Source of the DNA: Octopus bimaculoides
Lineage: Eukaryota
Reading direction: 5' to 3'
DNA length: 64,000 nucleotides
Assembly (NCBI RefSeq): GCF_001194135.2
Contig: NC_068984.1
Span: 131,523,264-131,587,263 of the forward strand
The translations under genes were made by a program, and so were the position numbers. Below the pieces are notes generated by a model. That model was given only the letters and a program-made list of their open reading frames with translations, ran no database searches and was not told the DNA's origin. Below are positions 46,304 to 59,884 of this stretch, one piece after another (position 1 is the first letter of the stretch; every line of letters starts with the position of its first letter).

Positions 46304-46657
46304 CAGGGGCTCTCAACCATTTTTTTTTATCTATGGACCCCTTTGATTACTATTTTATTCTGGTGAATTCCTGTAGGTATTTGATGTTTAAAAACTAGTT
46401 TTATAGACACTTCTGACATAATTCCCATTTTGTTTTTAACACATTAGCTTGTGTAGGTTGGACAATGTAAAATGTTAGAGAAAGAAACCTGGCTGTTTCT
46501 TGCAATACATACCAATACACACATCTATAGCAAAGATTTTTTTCAGAGGCCCTTAAAATATTATTGTGGATCCCCAATTTATTATTTTATTTCATAGACC
46601 CTCAAAAATCTTATATGGACCTTTAGGGGCCATATGGACCCCAGTTGAGAATCACTG
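46304..46657. mobile_element. hAT (Charlie-like) MITE
   Basis: TIR caggggctctcaacc against agttgagaatcactg (11/15); 8-bp flanks GTCTAGAC / ATCTAGAT fit the nTCTAGAn target pattern. Confidence 0.75.
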
Positions 46658-47715
46658 ATCTAGATGAAAAAACTGGTGGGTAAAGAAGCATCAAGTGATC
46701 CAAATAAAGGATAGAAGATAAAGATATGTTATGAGCCTAGTGTGTAGTGATGACCCTGTTCCCTCTCAGTCTTGGAAACCCAGCAAGAGAGCTATTGAGC
46801 ACTGCCTGTCTTTTTCTGACTAACCCATAAAGAAATTGATTAATTAAAAAACAAGCAGGCAACAAGCAGAATCTGATGATAGCTTGCTAAGCAACAAACT
46901 CAACACACACACTACCCCCACCAAGTGATGAAAGCATAGATACTGCATTTAGAAAACTACATATATAATGTATTTGATGACAATGACAGAACAACAGGTG
47001 TATTTCTGGTATTCACCTGCAGGTTTTTACCTAAGAGAATTAGAAATGCATTATTAAGTACGAATTACTCGACAAGGAAGTAGTGGATGCATCAGGTAAA
47101 ACAGTACATTCAAGTCTGCTGCACATATTGAATATACTGTTTAATGAAAAGAAACAATGCACATTAAAATATTAGATAACATACAAAATGTGTGTGTGTG
47201 TGCATGTTTGTTTGTTTATGTGTAGATGTACGTATGTATGTGTACAGTGTGTGTGTGTGTGTTTGTGTGTATCCTATTGTTGTAATTTAATTCCAGATGA
47301 GCTCTGATCCAGTATGCATACCTATTACAAGAGCTATTCTAGTCTTGACAGCATAAAGAGGGGAAGGAAATATTGGAAATTTAATCCCAGATACACTGTG
47401 TCTGAATAAAAGACAGGAAGGTCACAGCTGAAATGACTTTCATGCTCAGTACACTGGTTCAAAGCTGGTCTGACTGTCCAACCCATGCCAGCATGGAAAA
47501 CAGACATCACATGATGATGATGGTGATGATGATGATGATGATGTGTATGTGCATGTGCTTCTGTGTGTGTGTGTGTATGCATGTAATCATGCACATTACA
47601 TACAATATACAACCCATACTAGTATAGAAAAAAAAATTTTATGAATGAACAAACGAATGAATACACATACACACATACAAACACACATCATACACACACT
47701 CATTCATACATACAT

Positions 47716-47969
47716 AAATTAACGTGCAAGTGGCTGAGTAATCCACAGACACGTGTACCCCTAACGTAGTTCTCAGGGAGATTCAGCGTGACACAGAGTG
47801 TGACAAGGCTGGCCCTTTGAAATACAGGTACTATTCATTTTTGCCAGCTGAGTGGATTGAAGCAGCATGAAATAAAGTGTCTTGCTCAAGGACACAACAT
47901 GTCGCTGGGAATCAAACTCACGACCTTTCAATCATGAGTCGAATGCCCTAACCACTAAGCCACACACCT
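47716..47969 (-). mobile_element. SINE with family-D head and core and a family-C tail
   Basis: Head ...ggcttagtggttagggcattcgactcatgattgaaaggtcgtgagtttgattccc, core gtgtccttgagcaagacactttatttc; tail shared with 9306 and 15298. Confidence 0.8.
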
Positions 47970-48333
47970 TCACAACATACATACATACATCCATGCATGC
48001 ATACGCCAATGCACACCTAAGTGGATGGAAGAAGGTAATGATTGAAATATCAGAACCATATATGTATTTGTTTCTGGAGGACACATAAGAGTTAATGCTT
48101 AGTTTTATAATATAAAGCAAAGAAGAGAAGCAGATTCTCCTGGATAGTATACCAGTATATCACAGATAGCATTCCTCATATGATCCTGTATGTATTTTTG
48201 AAACTCATCATCATCATCATCATCAACACCACTTTTTAATGCTTGCATGAGTGTGATAGAGTATATTGAGGTAGATTTTCTACAGCCAGGCATCTTTCCT
48301 GTTGCCAACCCTTACATGTTTCCAAACAACATA

Positions 48334-48809
48334 CAGGTCGTCATCGACTTACGACCACAATTGGTTCCGACTGACTGGTCGTAAGTTTATTTGGTCATAA
48401 GTAGGCCTAGAGGTCTACATAGCTTTGTTTTATATCTTTACATTCTTAAGGTACATTCTCAGGTAAAAGTTACACACAGCATTCTGTATTATACAATTAT
48501 AATGGTGGTAGTCAAAAATTTCAGAGTCTCAAGCAGTTGTCTTATAAACAAATAGGAGGTTGCCTTGATGCCACCATAACAGGATATTCATCCAACATTT
48601 GGGATAACCACAGTGGTGATTCGATAACCAAACCTAGGGGAAGCGTTTGTTAGCTGACAGCATCCATAGACAAGTTAATTTCTAAGAATTTAAACCCATT
48701 AGATTTCAACTGGACTATTTATTATTGCTGTTGGGAGCTTGTGCGCCAATTGTCATAAAATCGATTGGTCATAAGTTGGATAGGTTGGTTGTAAGTTGAC
48801 GACGACCTG
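48334..48809. mobile_element. Tc1/pogo (Tigger-like) MITE nested in an RTE-tailed SINE
   Basis: 23-bp TIRs caggtcgtcatcgacttacgacc / ggttgtaagttgacgacgacctg (20/23); TA on the left and CA on the right; the host tail continues on both sides. Confidence 0.8.
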
Positions 48810-50514
48810 CAATAGTTCCTCATGGCCAAACGTTTTTGAGGAATATTGGAAATGAATGACATTCATTTAAAACAATCACATGACGTCAAGACAAGGAAGC
48901 ACAAACTTACACACATTCACACATGCATACATACATATTTACATATACACACACATATATATATATATATAGAAATATATATACAATGGCTTTCTTTCAG
49001 TTCCTGTCTACCAAATTCACTCACAAAACTTTGGTTGGCTCTAAGTTATAGTAGAAGACTAAAGGTGTTACACGTGGAATTTGAACTCAAAACCATGTGG
49101 TTAGTAAGCAAACTTCTTAACCACACAGCCACACCTGTACTTATGTAGAATAATAGATTCTGCCCCCAAAACACTAATGCGATAGGTATTTTCCTTTAGA
49201 TAGAATACCAATATATCATATAGTAATTGAAATACCATAGGTTAAAGAGACAGGACAAAAACAGCAGATTTGAACCCTTGACCTATAAGCATGCAGTCCA
49301 ATACCTTATCTAGTTGAGGTTTTTGTTTAAGCTACTTGTCTGTTCAATTCATTTTATTTCTATTGTAGTATTTGAAATAAAAAAGCCACAGGTGACTTAC
49401 ATGCTAAATCCCCAAATAACAAACAATGAAACATATGCTGTGACAGAGGTTGCACTGTATCATCTTTATGGCCAAGACACATAGTTATGAATAGCCCAGT
49501 CTATCTAGTTGTTAGTAGATCCCCAGAGTAAATTAGTCTATCACTGTAAGCAGCTGAGCTATTGTACAGCAGCATCCCTATGCAACAATATAAAACTGAT
49601 GACATAGTTTCAATGGCTTGCAGTGGCCAAGTTCACTCCCTCTTGTACGGTCAGAAGAGATATTGAGTTTCAGAGGTCTTATCAATGTACACTTCTACAT
49701 TACTGTTCCTTTAGTTATCACTACATATAGTTACCAAATTATCTAGAAATGTTACTGTTATTTACTTAAGGTGGTGAGCTGGCAGAGTCATTAGCAAGCC
49801 AGATTGAAAGGCCCTACCAAGAGCTTGTGCACTGCTAGTACAATTCTCAAAGTCAATGAAGCTCACAATGCACCAAACTAAAAAGGACTGGGCCTTGTGG
49901 TGGATCTAGAAATGATTTTATCCCCAATTCACTACTTCACACTTTGAAACTGGACGTTAAGGACTACTGGTCAAAAACTCGTGATTTAGGAGATTTGATT
50001 ATTTTATAAATCTCTGATTAATGCAGTTTTAATTAATTGACATTAAATTTACACCTATAGACCCAGGATTGCTATGGCAACAACAAACTTTGTTTCAGAT
50101 GCATCTACATGGAGAAAACAGAAAAGGTTTTGTCATTAGTTTATACAAACACAACAAAAGAAAGCAGTCTACTTAGTCTCTTGATTGAGAGGGATATAAA
50201 CCAGTGCAGATGTTCCATTAAATATCTGAAGAAGTGATATAACAAATCTGCTTCAAGATACAGGAAATGGGAATCAGGTGTCCAGGTTAGTCTGGGGAAT
50301 GTTAGTTACCTGTACTAGAATATATTCAGCGTGAAGATATACATTTCAGTCAATTTAAATGTGTGAGATATTGAAAAGAACGAGAAATATCGAAAGTGAC
50401 AAAAGAAGGAGAAACAAGTGTGAGCCTGTGGGCTATTAGTGAAATCAGAGTAGCAGAGACGATTTCAGCTGGGTTAGAAGAAGTAAGAACGAGGACACAG
50501 ATTCTGTGTGTGTG

Positions 50515-50597
<83 letters not shown>

Positions 50598-50759
50598 GAA
50601 AGAAAGAGAGTGGTATATGTATACGAATATGCATGCAGTATGCCTCGTCATCATTGAAAGTTTCTTTGTTGTGTTTTTCTCTGTAAGTATTTTTATGGTC
50701 ATTGCTCTGATAAACTTTCTGGTCTAGTGACCCCAGTTGAGACTTTCAGATGTGTCACC

Positions 50760-50930
50760 CACTTCTCTTCGCAGGTGCATCGTTTTTCTGTCAAGATTTC
50801 TGTTAGTCATAAGTCTTTTTAATCTAATAGCTTCTTTCCTCAAGCTGTAATTCTCTGGAATGCACTTCCATCATCTTGTCTTCCTCTGGTCTATATTTGG
50901 TGTTTTAAGCTTTCTGTCAATTGAGATCCT
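50760..50930 (+). pseudogene. Short CR1/L2/Jockey-group LINE ORF2 C-terminal relic
   Basis: HRFSVKISVSHKSF*SNSFFPQAVILWNALPSSC (SFFP....LWN.LP motif). Confidence 0.6.
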
Positions 50931-51021
50931 TTGAATTTGTGGGCCCCTTTTTTTCCTTCTTTGTAGTCCCTTCTGCTACACAAGTCCCAAGTCTGGTTCA
51001 AAATCATATAAGACAAAATAT

Positions 51022-51330
51022 GCATGGCCCAGTGGTTAGAGCATTGGGCTCACAATCATGAGGCAGTGAGTTCAATTCCCGGATCGGGGTGTGTGTGGTG
51101 TTCTTGAGCAAGAAACTTTATTTCACGTTGCTCCAGTTCACTCAGTTGTAGAAATGAGTTGCAACATCACTGGTGCCAAGTTGTATCTGTTGGACAACAT
51201 CAGTGGTTTGGAGAGGGGTGGCTGGTATGCATGAGTGACTGTTGGTCTTCCATAAACAACTTTGCCTGAAGTTGTGCCTCAGAGGAGAACTTTCTAAATG
51301 CAATTCCATGGTCATTCATAACTGAAGGGG
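51022..51330 (+). mobile_element. tRNA-headed SINE, family D, with a third tail type
   Basis: gcatggcccagtggttagagcattgggctcacaatcatgaggcagtgagttcaattccc plus core gtgttcttgagcaagaaactttatttcacgttgctccagttcactcag. Confidence 0.75.
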
Positions 51331-51340
51331 TTACTCTGTC

Positions 51341-51559
51341 TTTACTCTTTTACTCTTTTACTTGTTTCAGTCATTTGACTGCGGCCATGCTGGAGCACCG
51401 CCTTTAGTCGAGCAAATCAACCCCAGGACTTATTCTTTGTAAGCCTAGTACTTATTCTATCAGTCTCTTTTGCCAAACCTCTAAGTTACGGGGACGTAAA
51501 CACACCAGCATCGGTTGTCAAGCGATGTTGAGGGGACAAACACAGACACACAAACACAT

Positions 51560-51602
<43 letters not shown>

Positions 51603-51756
51603 TACGACAGGCTTCTTCCAGTTTCCGTCTACCAAATCCACTCACAAGGCTTTGGTCAGCCCGAGGCTATATAGTAGAAGACACTTGCCCAAGGTGCCAC
51701 GCAGTGGGACCAAACCCAGAACCACGTGGTTGGTAAGCAAGCTATTTACCATACAC
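51341..51756 (-). mobile_element. Near full-length SINE family A
   Basis: Near-identical to 40926-41326. Confidence 0.9.
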
Positions 51757-52099
51757 CCAATGGTCAAGAAAATCACTTTGCAAATCACAAAACCGTACGT
51801 TTGAGCCAATTGTACTTCTTTTGCAATAGCCTCAGGTTGATCCAAGTTTTCTGAATAGAATCGGATAGGGTTTGACAGCAACTGAGGCAAAAGTTCATGA
51901 AATGGCTCATATCTTTGCAATTCAAAAGGTCAGCCTTGTCATGCACACATTGTGTCATACTGACTCTGCTAGAGAATTACATTAAATGCACATGTGTTTG
52001 TGGAGTACTCAGCCACTTACACACTACTCCAATGAGTAGGTAGTTCTGCTGATTGAACAACTGGAAAATTCATTATCAAGATCAACAGATTCATTGACA

Positions 52100-52167
<68 letters not shown>

Positions 52168-52560
52168 TGCACATGTATGTGTGTATGTGCATGTGTGTGT
52201 GATTGCATGTATCTGCAACAATTTTTCCAAATACAGGTGCAATATTCCGTTGTGAATCTTTTAGATGTTTCATCCATTGGACTCTGGCCATGCTGGGTCA
52301 TTGCCTTGATGGGATTTTAGTTGAACAAATCAACCCCAGTGTTTTAAAGTCTGGTTTTTTATTCTAGTGGAGTCTTTTACAGAAACATAAACAAACCAAC
52401 ACCAGTCGTCAACTGATGGTGGGGAACACACACACACACATGCATACATGCACAAACACACATGCACATACACACACAGAGACACACACACACATGCACA
52501 TGCACAAAAACATGCACATGCATACACACATATGCCTGCAAGCACACACACACACATACA

Positions 52561-52741
52561 GAGGACAGACAAAGGGATTAAGTCGATTATATCGACCCCA
52601 GTGCGTAACTGGTACTTATTTAATCGACCCCGAAAGGTTGAAAGGCAAAGTCGACCTCGGCGGAATTTGAACTCAGAACGTAACGGCAGACGAAATACCA
52701 CTAAGCATTTCACCCGGCGTCCTAACGATTCTGCCAGCTCG
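52561..52741 (-). mobile_element. SINE family B
   Basis: Near-consensus head and core. Confidence 0.85.
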
Positions 52742-53868
52742 CAGTTTCTGTCTACCAAATTCACTCACAAAGCATTGGTCAGCTTGGGGCTGTAATAGAA
52801 GACAAATTACCCAAAGTGTCAAGCAGTGGGACTGAACCTGAAACCACATGGTTGCAAAGTGGGCACCTTAACCCACACAGCCACGCCAGTGGATCTTTTC
52901 ATTTAAGCTTTGTAGAGAGTCAGAATGAGTTTGGGATTAGAAAAAAATTTTTCTGGACCTGAAAAAGGAAGGTTAGTCATTATTAGGGTGCAGTTTTGAC
53001 TATGTTATATGAGATCAGCAGGAGAGATAGATATCATCAGTGATTGTAAGGCGATTGTAGCAAGTTTGAGGGTTTTAATTGCATGTTCTCCATGACTAGA
53101 GACGGTGAGGTAAAAGATTTCTAAATGACTGACATGAGGGAATAAATTTCTGCTTGCTCCTTTCATCCTTGTGTGGTACAATGTAGTAGAAGGACTCTAA
53201 GACAGAAGAACCGGACCCCCAACTGAGAGCATCAACAGGACCTGATCAAAGCCCAGCATCTATGCTTTTGAAAACAATTTATGACAGCTGTTTATATATA
53301 TACTAGGAATTGCAAGGAAGATGAACATGTGTGTATGTGCAATATAGGCATATATGTATATATATATATATGTGTATTTCCTATACGTGTGTGTGCATGT
53401 GTGTATGTATATATGTATATGCATGTGTGTATGTATATATGTATATGCTTGTGTGTATGTACCATGTGTGCATATATAAATATATTTGCATATACATACA
53501 CACAGTACTTATAAGTACATAAACACACAGACATACACACACACACACATACACACACATTATACCTGTGTGTATGTATGTGTATGCCTGCATGTATAGA
53601 TCATAAATAAACATAATTATAAATGTGTCTGTTTTAACACGCACGTTAAACATAAACGTAAAGACCCTCACATGCACTCACATACACACACATACACACG
53701 TTTACATATGTGTATAGTTGCATATATATATATATAGAATCAACATACACACAAATGTACATGTGTATATATGCACATACCCTCATAACTACATTAACAC
53801 ATACAGAACGTCCTCATAATAAATTGTAAAGCTTTATTTTACCGACATACACATATACATGCAAATTA

Positions 53869-53920
<52 letters not shown>

Positions 53921-54403
53921 GANNNNNNNNNNNNNNNNNNNNNNNNNNNNNNNNNNNNNNNNNNNNNNNNNNNNNNNNNNNNNNNNNNNNNNNNNNNNNN
54001 NNNNNNNNNNNNNNNNNNNNNNNNNNNNNNNNNNNNNNNNNNNNNNNNNNNNNNNNNNNNNNNNNNNNNNNNNNNNNNNNNNNNNNNNNNNNNNNNNNNN
54101 NNNNNNNNNNNNNNNNNNNNNNNNNNNNNNNNNNNNNNNNNNNNNNNNNNNNNNNNNNNNNNNNNNNNNNNNNNNNNNNNNNNNNNNNNNNNNNNNNNNN
54201 NNNNNNNNNNNNNNNNNNGGGGGATAGATAGATAGAATGGATTGAGAGGGTGGGTGTGTGTTTATTTTTATCTTGCTGACAGGATAGTTAAGAAAGTATT
54301 TAGATAGTATAAGAATACTAATAACAATAATAATAATAACAAAAATAAAAGTTTCCCTTTCTCAAAGTTTCAATCACTTTCTTTCTCTTTCTTTCTTTCT
54401 ACC

Positions 54404-54499
<96 letters not shown>
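54404..54499. repeat. (CTAT)n microsatellite
   Basis: Read directly; a similar (GATA)n tract lies at about 42980-43060. Confidence 0.95.
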
Positions 54500-56120
54500 G
54501 GCGGCCGTTAAACGATGATGATGATGATGATATACATACACACATTCATATTTGTATAGAGATAGATAGATACATACATACATACATACATACGTACATA
54601 CATACAAACATAAATGCATACATATATATACATATATATGCAACAAACATATATAATAAACACATATATATATATATACATACATACATATATATACATA
54701 TATATACAACATACCTATATAATATACATATATATATATATACACATACATACGTACATACATACAAACATAAATGCATACATATATATACATATATATA
54801 TATAACATGCATATATAATATACATATATATATATACAAATATATGTATATATATACACACACACACATATACACGCACAGAGATGAGACGTGTTTTCAT
54901 GTGTAAGTAAATGTGTTTATACTTATATATATATATACATACAAATACATACTTACAACTACACACACACACACACACACACACACAACACCCCTGTACC
55001 CTTGATAAACTGCACATGAACTCAGCTTCACTTGGCTACTGTTTGCTTCGCTCTTCTCTCTCTCTGTGAGCCCACCCAACCTTCAAATCCAATTTGAACA
55101 ACACAGCCTTCCACCCTTAAATTGGAGAAAACTACCAAATGTCCCATTGACAGAGAGGGATGGGGGGGGGGCTTCAAAGTAGGGAGGTGGGTTTGAGGAT
55201 GATGTGTGAGGGAACTGGTTGCGTCTGGGGGTGTTGGTGGGTGGGCAAAGTGTATACATACAGGAACCAAGAACGCACATATACACACATACAGTGCTAC
55301 ATTGAAAAGTATATACAAATATGCACTACATGTATGTTTATATAGCACTTAGAAGTTCAAACATTCATGCATATACGCATGCTTTATTACAAACTGGAGC
55401 ATACACACACACATACACACACACATACACACACACATACACACACATACATATACATTACATACTTATATACATACATACATGCAATATATATANNNNN
55501 NNNNNNNNNNNNNNNNNNNNNNNNNNNNNNNNNNNNNNNNNNNNNNNNNNNNNNNNNNNNNNNNNNNNNNNNNNNNNNNNNNNNNNNNNNNNNNNNNNNN
55601 NNNNNNNNNNNNNNNNNNNNNNNNNNNNNNNNNNNNNNNNNNNNNNNNNNNNNNNNNNNNNNNNNNNNNNNNNNNNNNNNNNNNNNNNNNNNNNNNNNNN
55701 NNNNNNNNNNNNNNNNNNNNNNNNNNNNNNNNNNNNNNNNNNNNNNNNNNNNNNNNNNNNNNNNNNNNNNNNNNNNNNNNNNNNNNNNNNNNNNNNNNNN
55801 NNNNNNNNNNNNNNNNNNNNNNNNNNNNNNNNNNNNNNNNNNNNNNNNNNNNNNNNNNNNNNNNNNNNNNNNNNNNNNNNNNNNNNNNNNNNNNNNNNNN
55901 NNNNNNNNNNNNNNNNNNNNNNNNNNNNNNNNNNNNNNNNNNNNNNNNNNNNNNNNNNNNNNNNNNNNNNNNNNNNNNNNNNNNNNNNNNNNNNNNNNNN
56001 NNNNNNNNNNNNNNNNNNNNNNNNNNNNNNNNNNNNNNNNNNNNNNNNNNNNNNNNNNNNNNNNNNNNNNNNNNNNNNNATATATATATATGTATACTTT
56101 TATATACACATGCATGCATG

Positions 56121-56152
<32 letters not shown>

Positions 56153-56437
56153 CATATATATACACACACATACACACACACGAGCACACACGCACACACA
56201 TACACAAACCACACGCACACACACACACACACATACCTGGTTATCAGTCTGTCTATCTATGTATTTATCTATCTATATGAGTATATATATTTTAATATTT
56301 CTCTTAGGCATAGTGATACTAATAATCTGGTGTAGAACTCAATATCATATGCTTCTGAGCACAGCATTAATCAAGTACAGAACGGTAATAAGGAAAGCAA
56401 TGACGAAAGAATAAAGTATTATCTTATGAACTCCATT

Positions 56438-56520
56438 AGCTTACAGTTGTTTCTGCTATGAGATGTGGAGGACACATAGATGTGTGCCTGTAGTCACATC
56501 TTACAGTTTCATCAGAACTT
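56438..56520 (-). ncRNA. Minimal type-I hammerhead motif, left arm of an inverted dimer
   Basis: On the minus strand: CTGATGA (56515-56509), extended stem II ctgtaagatgtg/cacatctcatag, GAAACAACTGTA (56453-56442), stem I agtt/agct. Confidence 0.55.
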
Positions 56521-56696
56521 CAAACAAGAAGTGCAATTTATTCAAGAAAGCAAATACATTTGTGTGTATGTGTGTATGTGTGTGTGCACGCGTGCATGTG
56601 CTTGGGTTTGTTGTAAGAAGCTTGATTCCAACCACATGGTCCCAGGTTCAGTCCCAATGTATTTGTTTTCCCAAATAAATTGCATTTCACGTTTGA

Positions 56697-56777
56697 GGCT
56701 CTGATGAAAGTGTGTGATGTTACTCAGTCGCTTAACTATGAATCCAACATATCTTATTGTGGAAACAGCTGTAAGCT
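56697..56777 (+). ncRNA. Minimal type-I hammerhead motif, right arm of an inverted dimer
   Basis: Stem I ggct/agct; core CTGATGA at 56701-07; GAAA at 56762-65; palindromic stem III ACAGCTGT; GUA triplet at 56771-73; stem II degenerate. Confidence 0.6.
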
Positions 56778-56833
56778 AATGAAGTTTATAAGATAAATCA
56801 TTTATCCCTTTGTGATCTCTTTTCTTATGAGTG

Positions 56834-56877
<44 letters not shown>

Positions 56878-57447
56878 NNNNNNNNNNNNNNNNNNNNNNN
56901 NNNNNNNNNNNNNNNNNNNNNNNNNNNNNNNNNNNNNNNNNNNNNNNNNNNNNNNNNNNNNNNNNNNNNNNNNNNNNNNNNNNNNNNNNNNNNNNNNNNN
57001 NNNNNNNNNNNNNNNNNNNNNNNNNNNNNNNNNNNNNNNNNNNNNNNNNNNNNNNNNNNNNNNNNNNNNNNNNNNNNNNNNNNNNNNNNNNNNNNNNNNN
57101 NNNNNNNNNNNNNNNNNNNNNNNNNNNNNNNNNNNNNNNNNNNNNNNNNNNNNNNNNNNNNNNNNNNNNNNNNNNNNNNNNNNNNNNNNNNNNNNNNNNN
57201 NNNNNNNNNNNNNNNNNNNNNNNNNNNNNNNNNNNNNNNNNNNNNNNNNNNNNNNNNNNNNNNNNNNNNNNNNNNNNNNNNNNNNNNNNNNNNNNNNNNN
57301 NNNNNNNNNNNNNNNNNNNNNNNNNNNNNNNNNNNNNNTATATATATATAAATATATAGTTGAAATTTATAGGAAAACAAAAGACGAAGACAGGTGTATG
57401 AACAACAAGCAAGTGTATTAGTTTGACACTCGGGAAATTGAAAAAGT

Positions 57448-57483
57448 CTTTTACATTTCCAGCATATGCTCTTCAACAGAAAG
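57448..57483 (-). ncRNA. Second, more decayed copy of the CUGUUGA hammerhead-like element
   Basis: The reverse complement reads cttt-CTGTTGA-A-GAGC-ATAT-GCTG-GAAA-TG-TA-aaag; flanks homologous to 26100-26290. Confidence 0.5.
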
Positions 57484-58842
57484 GAATAAAAGAAAATAAA
57501 CAGAGAGAGAATGAAAAAAACTTGCAGATTTAGCAGTCAAGCATGGTGAATGATACATACATACATACATACATACATACACACATATAAACACAGAGAG
57601 AGGCTTTTTTTCAGTTTTATCCACCAATTCTACTCACAGGTTTTTGATTAGCCTGATACTATAGTCAAAGACACTTGATGAAAGTGACATGCTGCAGAAC
57701 TGAACCCAAAACCATGTCGCTGGGAAGTAAACTTCTCAATCACACAGTTATGCCTGTGCCAGTAATATTTAGTATAAATTATTCAATGTAGAAAGTACTA
57801 GAATAAAGCAAATATTAGCTATTAGTGGATACAGCAAGAGACTACTAGATAGTGTCATAGCACATTTTATGTAAACAGCAGAATAAAAAGAAAAAAAAAA
57901 CACACACACTAAAACTGATTCTTTACATCAAGCACCAAGAAACATGGATACCCCACATAAAATTTATAATGGTAACAAAAATCTATTCCAACTGAAAAAA
58001 AAAAAGGTGAAATGATTGCAAGGAATATCATAAAAGAGAATAAATAATGTTACTGATAAACTCGATATATACAATCACACCAACAAGCTAGAATAACTAT
58101 TGGCATAGACTAACACTACTGACATGAATAAATGCATAAACCATCAAAGAGTGTCATGAGATTTCTTGCTAAAAGTATAGCAAATTGTTTGTTGTTTGCA
58201 AATTTGCATGCCTTTATGATAGTTGTAAACATCAAGTTGTCGATGATGCAGTCAGTCACTCTAAAGTGGTCAGTCGGCTTGTTAGAAACAGAAACGGAAT
58301 CTATCTCTCAAGTGACGTCCAGCAAGCTTTAAAGGGAACAAAAAAAGAGGAATCATCATAATCGTCATCATCATCATCATCATTATCATCACCACCATCG
58401 TTGACAGCAGCAGTATCATTTTAACGTTCACTTTTCCATGCTTGCATGGGTCAGACACAGTTTGTCAAGGTAGATGCCCTTCCTGTGGCCAACCCTTACC
58501 TGTTTCCAAGCAAGGTAATATTTGACCATAGTCTGACATTTTTCAAAGAAGAATGGAATCAAGGGACACTGCTTGTATGATAGTGACACTTGTTTACAAA
58601 TATCATGCCCATATCAAGACAAGGAGATGAAAAGCACCCCACCCCCTCAACACACACATATGTGCATATGATGATGGATCTAAACGGACAAAGTGTAAAC
58701 ACAAGCATAGTTCTGTGGTTCAGAAGTTTGCTCCCCAACCACATTGATTTTCAGTTCAGTCCCACTGCATCATAAACACAAAAGTCTTGCAAATGGATTT
58801 GGAAGATGGAAACTGAAACAAGCCCATTGTGTGTGCACGTAC

Positions 58843-58877
<35 letters not shown>

Positions 58878-58911
58878 TATACAAAACAAGNNNNNNNNNN
58901 TGTGCACGTAC

Positions 58912-58946
<35 letters not shown>

Positions 58947-59098
58947 TATACAAAACAAGCTTCGTTTTGTTTATGTCAACCAAATCCATTCACAAGACTC
59001 TGGTCAGCCAGGGCCTCTAGAAGAAGATACTTGCCAAGGTGCCACACAGTGGGACTGAACTCAAATCCATGTGGTTGAGAAGCAAACTTAACCACACA

Positions 59099-59235
59099 CA
59101 CTAACATAGCTGGGGGGGGGGCACTTTTCATCCTGTTGTAGACTATTGCTGCAGACAATATGTGTTTTTTGTGGGGCCTGGGAGTAGCAGACGGAAGGGC
59201 AACCCTGGGTGGCATACACTCTGGCTATGCTAGTG
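59099..59235. mobile_element. Short hAT-type MITE inserted in a SINE head
   Basis: Perfect 8-bp TSD ACCACACA at 59091-98 and 59236-43; TIR cactaacatagctgg against ctggctatgctagtg (12/15). Confidence 0.8.
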
Positions 59236-59249
59236 ACCACACAGCCATT

Positions 59250-59484
59250 TTACCATTTTGAGCGTGGCCGTTGCCAGTACCGCCTGACTGGCCTTCGTGC
59301 CGGTGGCACGTAAAAGCACTCACTACACTCTCAGAGTGGTTGGCGTTAGGAAGGACATCCAGCTGTAGACACCTTGCCAAATCAGATTGGAGCCTGGTGT
59401 AATCATCTGGTTCACCAGTCCTCAGTCAAATCGTCCAACCCATGCTAGCATGGAAAGCGGACATTAAGCGATGATGATGATGAT
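59250..59484 (+). mobile_element. RTE 3' UTR with (GAT)n tail
   Basis: Near-identical to 23835-24075. Confidence 0.85.
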
Positions 59485-59884
59485 TAAAAGAGTGAAGGTA
59501 ATCTTCAGATATTTAGAGTTTCCAGTACTCAACAGTCAACAGGANNNNNNNNNNNNNNNNNNNNNNNNNNNNNNNNNNNNNNNNNNNNNNNNNNNNNNNN
59601 NNNNNNNNNNNNNNNNNNNNNNNNNNNNNNNAGTTCTGTTGTTTGTAACTAGTTTTCTGGTGGCAACCACTACACTGACCTGGCCCTGCATTAACCACCA
59701 GGCCCACTACTTCTTTCTCAGAAAATCAACTCTTTGGAATCATTTCCTTACTCAAGCTTTTCCTACACTTGTTGACTATCAACAGTTCAAACCCTTTGAG
59801 ATATGTCTCTCATTCTGTAAGATAAACTTCCTATTTGTGTAATTAATATTAAAAGCTTCCTTCAGAATTTCATGTCAGTTTATG

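Noticed and set aside
49390-49505. Minus-strand donor (CAT/gtaagt) with a 33-codon open frame
   Set aside because: A single unrecognised short frame; such motifs are expected by chance in 64 kb.
49570-49615. CTGATGA followed by a reverse-strand GAAAC..GTC
   Set aside because: The core and GAAA lie on opposite strands with no stem II, so this is a chance match.
7114-57476. Long ORFs containing X-runs or [20 protein letters not shown] repeats
   Set aside because: They are translations of N-gaps and microsatellites, with no coding signal.
58831-58958. Exact ~59-bp direct repeat around a 10-N gap
   Set aside because: Same scaffolding artefact as at 28504.
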